This document shows positions 59,466-64,000 of a stretch of DNA of 64,000 bases, piece by piece; the first letter of the stretch is position 1, and each line of letters begins with the position of its first letter. Where the stretch lies: positions 154,869 through 218,868 of the forward strand of contig JBBAAI010000001.1 in the NCBI GenBank assembly GCA_041658325.1. Reading direction: 5' to 3'. The notes beneath the pieces are model-generated. The model did no database searches. It was not told the origin of the DNA and worked only from the letters and a program-made list of their open reading frames with translations. The position numbers were made by a program, and so were the translations under genes. This DNA comes from Minisyncoccota bacterium (GTDB lineage: Bacteria; Patescibacteriota; Minisyncoccia; Phycocordibacterales; UBA9973).

Positions 59466-59706
59466 TTTTGTTTTGGTAAAATAAATATGGTAGTAGGTGA
59501 ATACGCGAGCGACCACGGTTTCTCGCTACCGAATCCAGTATCCGTATGTCGAGAATATTTGCGACTAAGGTTTCAAATAGGGTGATATACGAAGACACTT
59601 CAAAAATGAAGTTACTTGGTGTAAGGTGCTATGGCATTACGATGCCGAATACGATACAACCTTGAGAGTATTCAAAAGGTGGTGGCACAGAAGGCAGCTT
59701 ACACAT

Positions 59707-59830
59707 TTCCGCAACCCGGCGAATGGCAATCTGTATGTCCGGTATGGGTACTGGAACGAAGGCAAGGTCATCTCGAACTACAACTGGCTCGACAATGACT
59801 GGAACGGCAACAACCCGGCTATCTCTTCCG
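59707..59830 (+). repeat. DGR template repeat (TR)
   Basis: Rich in AAC/AAT/TAC codons in the target frame; 32 adenines, 20 substituted in VR, no non-A mismatches. Confidence 0.96.
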
Positions 59831-59839
59831 CAACTTACT

Positions 59840-60205
59840 TCATTTCTCTCTCGTCTTAACGGCGGGAGAGTTTTGTTTTAGGAGTTGTCCGTTCCAACCC
59901 CCGAGCATTTTTCCAATTTCTTCTATTTTTTGAGAAAGAACAATATATTTTTTATCGTCAATTGATTTTGCTTCCCATAAAACCATCAAAAGTATTTTTA
60001 GAGTATCTGATTTTCGTATCGCTAACCGAACCCAAGGATGTTTTTCTTCTCGAGATAAAAAAGTAGCGATAGAAACAGCTTCAATAATTTCAATAAACAT
60101 CGTATCAATCTTTAATCCCAAAGAGTGCTTGTGTATTTTGGGCAGAATTTGATAAAAGGTAATCCAGAGAAGATAACAGCTCTTAACTTTTGCCAATAAT
60201 GGCAA
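59840..60205 (-). CDS. avd: Avd-like accessory variability determinant (four-helix bundle); start uncertain
   Basis: LPKIHKHSLGLKID, EIGKMLGGW, basic 121 aa, adjacent to TR and RT; earliest start in the current frame is a TTG. Confidence 0.85.
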   Translation of the reverse strand: MPLLAKVKSCYLLWITFYQILPKIHKHSLGLKIDTMFIEIIEAVSIATFLSREEKHPWVRLAIRKSDTLKILLMVLWEAKSIDDKKYIVLSQKIEEIGKMLGGWNGQLLKQNSPAVKTREK

Positions 60206-60220
60206 AAGTTGGGGGGGGGG
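60185..60220. promoter_or_regulatory. Perfect 11-bp hairpin plus G10 homopolymer at the avd/RT divergent junction
   Basis: AACTTTTGCCA-ATAA-TGGCAAAAGTT then GGGGGGGGGG (60211-60220). Confidence 0.6.
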
Positions 60221-60236
60221 TACTATTATAAATACT

Positions 60237-61253
60237 ATGTCCCGAATCCAATTTAGTCATACTTACGACTATATCATTTCTCTAGAAAATCTGCTTTTGG
60301 CGTGGAAAGAATTTGTTGTCGGCAAGAAAAATCGCAAAGACGTAGAAGAATTTCAAAGAAATTTGATGACTAATATAATTTCGTTACATACGGATTTAGT
60401 AAATAAAGCATACAAGCATTCCCAATATGAAGCATTTAATATTTCTGACCCAAAACCGCGCAATATTCACAAAGCGAAAGTACGGGACAGATTATTACAT
60501 CATGCGATTTATCGAGTTTTGTATCCTTTTTTTGACAGGACATTTATTACTGACTCCTATTCTTGCAGAAAAAACAAAGGAACACATAAAGCCATAAACA
60601 GATTCAGAAAATTTGCCTATCAAGCGTCAAAAAATCATACCAGAACAGTTTGGGTTTTGAAAGGGGATATTAAAAAATTCTTTGCTAATATTGATCACGA
60701 AATATTAAAAGGAATTTTGAGAAAACATATTCAAGATAAAAATGTTCTTTGGCTCTTGGGGCAGGTGATAGATAGCTTTTCTTCCCAAAAACATATTTAC
60801 GCTATCGCTGATATATGCAGTAAGGGTTTACCACTCGGCAATCTAACTTCCCAACTTTTAGTAAATATTTATATGAATGAATTTGATCAATTTGTGAAAC
60901 ATAAAATCAAAGCGAAACACTATGTTCGTTATGCGGATGATTTTGTAATTTTGTCGCAAAATAGAAAATGGTTAGAAAATACAATTGTTAGAATAAAAGA
61001 TTTTCTTGAAAATGAACTTATGCTTTCTTTACATCCTGCAAAATTATCCATAAGTACCGTTGCCTCTGGCGTGGATTTTTTGGGTTGGGTTTTATTTCCA
61101 GACCATAGGGTAGTCAGGACTATCACGAAACGGAGGATGTTTCATGGTGTAAAAAAGAAGCACGGGAGTTTTGAAACAGTGCAATCATATCTAGGCTTGT
61201 TAAGCCATGGAAATGCAAGAAAGTTAGAAAGTGAGATAAAAAATTATATTTGA
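60237..61253 (+). CDS. DGR reverse transcriptase
   Basis: KPRNI, RDRLLHHA, KGDIKKFF, GLPLGNLTSQ (DGR-type GxxxSQ), YVRYADDF, DFLG; 338 aa, no endonuclease domain. Confidence 0.95.
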   Translation: MSRIQFSHTYDYIISLENLLLAWKEFVVGKKNRKDVEEFQRNLMTNIISLHTDLVNKAYKHSQYEAFNISDPKPRNIHKAKVRDRLLHHAIYRVLYPFFDRTFITDSYSCRKNKGTHKAINRFRKFAYQASKNHTRTVWVLKGDIKKFFANIDHEILKGILRKHIQDKNVLWLLGQVIDSFSSQKHIYAIADICSKGLPLGNLTSQLLVNIYMNEFDQFVKHKIKAKHYVRYADDFVILSQNRKWLENTIVRIKDFLENELMLSLHPAKLSISTVASGVDFLGWVLFPDHRVVRTITKRRMFHGVKKKHGSFETVQSYLGLLSHGNARKLESEIKNYI

Positions 61254-61391
61254 CTCTTTTGGGATTATTTGCTAATATCAAAACAAGGGAATAGGGCTTT
61301 GATTAATCCACTTTTCTCCTTTAATTCTTTAGTTTTAAAGGGTTAAAGAAAAAAAGTGAGATATTAACGGAGCAATCCTGATAAATTATTT

Positions 61392-61577
61392 ATGGCAAAA
61401 ACATCAGTAAAAGCTAGAGCAGCAAAAAAACCAAAATTTTCTACTCGACAGAAAAATCGATGTTTTCGCTGTGGCCGAGGAAATGGTTTTATGCGTGATT
61501 TCGGTATTTGCCGAATTTGTTTTAGAGAATTAGCAAACGAAGGAATGCTTCCGGGTGTTCGTAAATCAAGTTGGTAA
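61392..61577 (+). CDS. rpsN: 30S ribosomal protein S14 (zinc-binding type Z)
   Basis: [22 protein letters not shown]. Confidence 0.97.
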   Translation: MAKTSVKARAAKKPKFSTRQKNRCFRCGRGNGFMRDFGICRICFRELANEGMLPGVRKSSW

Positions 61578-61583
61578 AATTTT

Positions 61584-61970
61584 ATGGATCCAATTTCAAA
61601 CATGATAATAATAATGAAGAACGGAAGCCTTGCAAACAAGGAGTCTGTTTCAATTCCTTTTTCTAAGATGAAAAATGCGATCGGCGAATGTTTGAAAAAA
61701 GCTGGATATGTTTCTGAAGTTTCAAAAAAAGTTAAAAAAGGTCAGCCAGTTTTAGAAGTGGGGCTGATCTATGTAGATAAAAAACCAAAAATCGCAGAAG
61801 TAGAAAGAATTTCTAAACAATCTCGCCGAGTTTATTTTGGTATGAAAGATATTCATTCTGTCCGAAATGGCTCAGGCTTGCTTGTGCTTTCAACACCGAA
61901 AGGAATTTTGTCAGGCAAAGATGCTCGCAAAGAACAAGTTGGAGGCGAAGCATTATTTAGAATTTGGTAG
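61584..61970 (+). CDS. rpsH: 30S ribosomal protein S8
   Basis: MDPISNM, STPKG, GGE. Confidence 0.97.
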   Translation: MDPISNMIIIMKNGSLANKESVSIPFSKMKNAIGECLKKAGYVSEVSKKVKKGQPVLEVGLIYVDKKPKIAEVERISKQSRRVYFGMKDIHSVRNGSGLLVLSTPKGILSGKDARKEQVGGEALFRIW

Positions 61971-61978
61971 AAAATTTT

Positions 61979-62512
61979 ATGAGTAGAATAGGCAAACAAG
62001 AAATATTAATACCAGCCGGAATAAAGATCACCCAAAGTGGTGGAGTTGTTGCTGTAGTAGGCCCAAAAGGAACACTTACTAAAAATTTCAGAGATGATAT
62101 TACTATTACCATTACTGATAAAATGGTAACTTTAAATATAAAAAGAAACGATAAATTTTCCAAATCTCTCTGGGGTACCTATGCTTCACATATAAAAAAT
62201 ATGATTACTGGTGTCCAAGTTCCATATCAAAAGAAATTAATTTTAGAAGGAGTTGGATTTAAGTCTGAGGTTAAGGGCAAAGAACTCCATTTCGCTCTTG
62301 GTTTTTCTCATCCTGTTATTGTAAAAATTCCAGAAGGCATTACTGCTACTGCAGAGAAAAACAATATTACCATTACTGGTATTGATAAAGAATTAGTTGG
62401 TAGTTTCACCGCGGCTGTTCGTGCCCTGAAGAAACCAGAACCATATAAAGGTAAAGGAATGCGTTATGAAGGTGAAGTTATCAGACGAAAACAAGGCAAG
62501 AAGACAGTGTAA
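61979..62512 (+). CDS. rplF: 50S ribosomal protein L6
   Basis: MSRIGK, LGFSHP, PEPYKGKG. Confidence 0.97.
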   Translation: MSRIGKQEILIPAGIKITQSGGVVAVVGPKGTLTKNFRDDITITITDKMVTLNIKRNDKFSKSLWGTYASHIKNMITGVQVPYQKKLILEGVGFKSEVKGKELHFALGFSHPVIVKIPEGITATAEKNNITITGIDKELVGSFTAAVRALKKPEPYKGKGMRYEGEVIRRKQGKKTV

Positions 62513-62530
62513 AAATAATTTTAAAATAAA

Positions 62531-62872
62531 ATGATTAAAAAAGACGACAAAAGAATACGCTTAAAGAAAAAGATCAGAGTAAAAATCCAGGGTACTGATA
62601 TGCGTCCTCGCTTGACCGTTTTTCGATCCAACAAGTTTATTTATGCTCAAGTTATAAATGATGTGACAGGCAAGACTTTGGCGCAAGCGAGCGACGTGAA
62701 GACGACCAAAGGCACAAAGACAGAGCGAGCGAAAGAAGTCGGGAAGTCTATCGGCGCAGCTTGTCTCGCAAAAAAAATTAAGAAAGTTGTTTTTGATCGT
62801 AATGGATTTAAATATACTGGAAGAATAAAATTAGTAGCTGACGAAGCCCGCGTCAGTGGTCTTGAGTTTTAG
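62531..62872 (+). CDS. rplR: 50S ribosomal protein L18
   Basis: RPRLTVFRSN, VVFDRNG, GLEF. Confidence 0.97.
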   Translation: MIKKDDKRIRLKKKIRVKIQGTDMRPRLTVFRSNKFIYAQVINDVTGKTLAQASDVKTTKGTKTERAKEVGKSIGAACLAKKIKKVVFDRNGFKYTGRIKLVADEARVSGLEF

Positions 62873-62891
62873 GGATTAGAATTTTAACTTT

Positions 62892-63482
62892 ATGGAAAAC
62901 ACAAAAGCAAAAGAAAATACAGGAACAAGAGAAAAAAGAAACAGTGGCCGTCGAGGTTCCTCTTTCAACAGAGTCAAGCCAGAATTTGATCAAAAGATTT
63001 TAAATATTCGCCGAGTTACTCGTGTGGTCGCTGGTGGACGCAGATTTTCTTTTTCTGTAGCGCTTGTCGCGGGGGACAAAAAGGGAGCTGTTGGTTTAGG
63101 ATTGGGAAAAGCTGGAGATACCGCTTTGGCGATCAATAAAGCTTTAAGAAATGCCAAGAAAAATATGATTAGATTGAATCTTACCAAAACAATGTCTATT
63201 CCGCATGAGCTATCTGCTAAGTTTTCAAGTTCATCTGTGATGTTAAGGCCTAACAAAGGTCGTGGGCTTGTGGCTGGTTCGGTTATTCGAGACATTATAA
63301 AACTTTCCGGAGTTAAAGATATTACTGGAAAAATTTTATCCAACAGTAAAAATAAATTAAATAATGCAAAGGCAGTAATGTCGGCGTTATCCGTGATTTC
63401 TTCAAAATACGCAAAAATCGCCCCAGAAAGTGTAGTTGTCGCGGGGAAGGAAGTAACTGTACCAGTAGAAGAATCCCAGTAG
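62892..63482 (+). CDS. rpsE: 30S ribosomal protein S5
   Basis: RVTRVVAGGRRFSF, GLGLGKA. Confidence 0.97.
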   Translation: MENTKAKENTGTREKRNSGRRGSSFNRVKPEFDQKILNIRRVTRVVAGGRRFSFSVALVAGDKKGAVGLGLGKAGDTALAINKALRNAKKNMIRLNLTKTMSIPHELSAKFSSSSVMLRPNKGRGLVAGSVIRDIIKLSGVKDITGKILSNSKNKLNNAKAVMSALSVISSKYAKIAPESVVVAGKEVTVPVEESQ

Positions 63483-63515
63483 TAGAGTAAAGCTCACTAC
63501 GGGATAAATAATTTT

Positions 63516-63818
63516 ATGCAAATACATAATTTAAAAAGAGAACATAAGAATAAAAAAGACAGACTTGTTGGTCGTGGAGGAAAACATGCGAAGACTTCTG
63601 GCCGTGGAGGAAAAGGACAAACAGCCCGCGCGGGTAACAAGCGTCGCCCAGAGCTTCGTGATATCATTAAGAAATTGCCTAAGAATCGCGGATATCAATT
63701 TAAGTCCATTCAAAAGGTTTTTATCTTAGAGAAAGACAAACTTGCTAATAAGACAGAGAAATTTTCTGAAATACGAAAACGTTTAGGAATCAAAGGAAAA
63801 AAGATCAGAATTAAATAA
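63516..63818 (+). CDS. rplO: 50S ribosomal protein L15 (short, 100 aa)
   Basis: RLVGRGG, KTSGRGGKGQTARAG, LPKNRG; position before secY. Confidence 0.9.
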   Translation: MQIHNLKREHKNKKDRLVGRGGKHAKTSGRGGKGQTARAGNKRRPELRDIIKKLPKNRGYQFKSIQKVFILEKDKLANKTEKFSEIRKRLGIKGKKIRIK

Positions 63819-63844
63819 CTGCTAGTTTAACGTCACACAATATT

Positions 63845-64000
63845 ATGCAAAATTTTTGGAATAAAATAAAATTAATTTGGACAGACCCAATCTTGCGTAA
63901 AAAAGTTTTGTTCGTATTTTTTGCGTTAATAGTATTCAGATTACTTTCTGCTATTCCGATACCAGGTATTGATACCGTAGAGCTCAATAGATTTCTATCC
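63845..64000 (+). CDS. secY: Preprotein translocase SecY (5' part, cut by window end)
   Basis: Hand translation MQNFWNKIKLIWTDPILRKKVLFVFFALIVFRLLSAIPIPGID; follows rplO. Confidence 0.92.
   Translation, partial: MQNFWNKIKLIWTDPILRKKVLFVFFALIVFRLLSAIPIPGIDTVELNRFLS

Larger units (their letters stand above)
58560..61253. mobile_element. Diversity-generating retroelement: target gene with VR, TR, antisense avd, reverse transcriptase
   Basis: 124-bp VR/TR pair with 20 mismatches all at TR adenines; DGR-type RT; Avd-like protein; inserted between rplE and rpsN. Confidence 0.96.

Noticed and set aside
58675-59598. Several alternative-frame and antisense ORFs over the DGR target
   Set aside because: Expected by-product of high GC; only the 58751 frame places TR adenines mainly at codon positions 1-2 and has an SD
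59626-59859. 77-aa ORF resembling the target C-terminus
   Set aside because: It is the template repeat read in the target frame; TRs are typically stop-free in that frame, and there is no sign it is a separate gene
60237-61253. RT as a group II intron, retron or CRISPR-associated RT
   Set aside because: No endonuclease domain, intron domain V, msr/msd or cas genes seen; the GxxxSQ motif, Avd and TR/VR pair identify a DGR

Overview
AT-rich bacterial chromosome segment starting at dnaN. Gene content points to a Candidate Phyla Radiation (Patescibacteria/Parcubacteria-like) organism (inference): no rpmD between rpsE and rplO, no rplA after rplK, tRNA-Arg(GCG), and mostly SD-less AT-rich leaders. 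Most of the window is housekeeping: replication/repair (dnaN, polA, uvrBAC, mutM, ruvABC), type IV pilus genes (pilB, pilMNO), 7 tRNAs, a thymidylate module, and the str/S10/spc ribosomal protein superoperon up to a partial secY. The main discovery is a complete diversity-generating retroelement (DGR) inserted between rplE and rpsN (about 58560-61253). It has a GC-rich target gene whose 124-bp variable repeat (59246-59369) differs from the template repeat (59707-59830) at 20 positions, all TR adenines (16 A>G). Its avd gene lies on the opposite strand between TR and the reverse transcriptase. A perfect hairpin plus G10 tract sits at the head-to-head avd/RT junction, and removing one G would put an upstream ATG in frame with avd (candidate phase-variation switch). 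Other notable items: GC-rich palindromic elements inserted in frame in polA, uvrB, uvrC (twice) and murB; two candidate structured ncRNAs (7672-7820 and about 45550-45840); and two small ORFs missing from the ORF track (an acidic 40 aa ORF, and a basic 57 aa ORF inside the S10 operon). All alignments and folds were done by eye; no database search was run.
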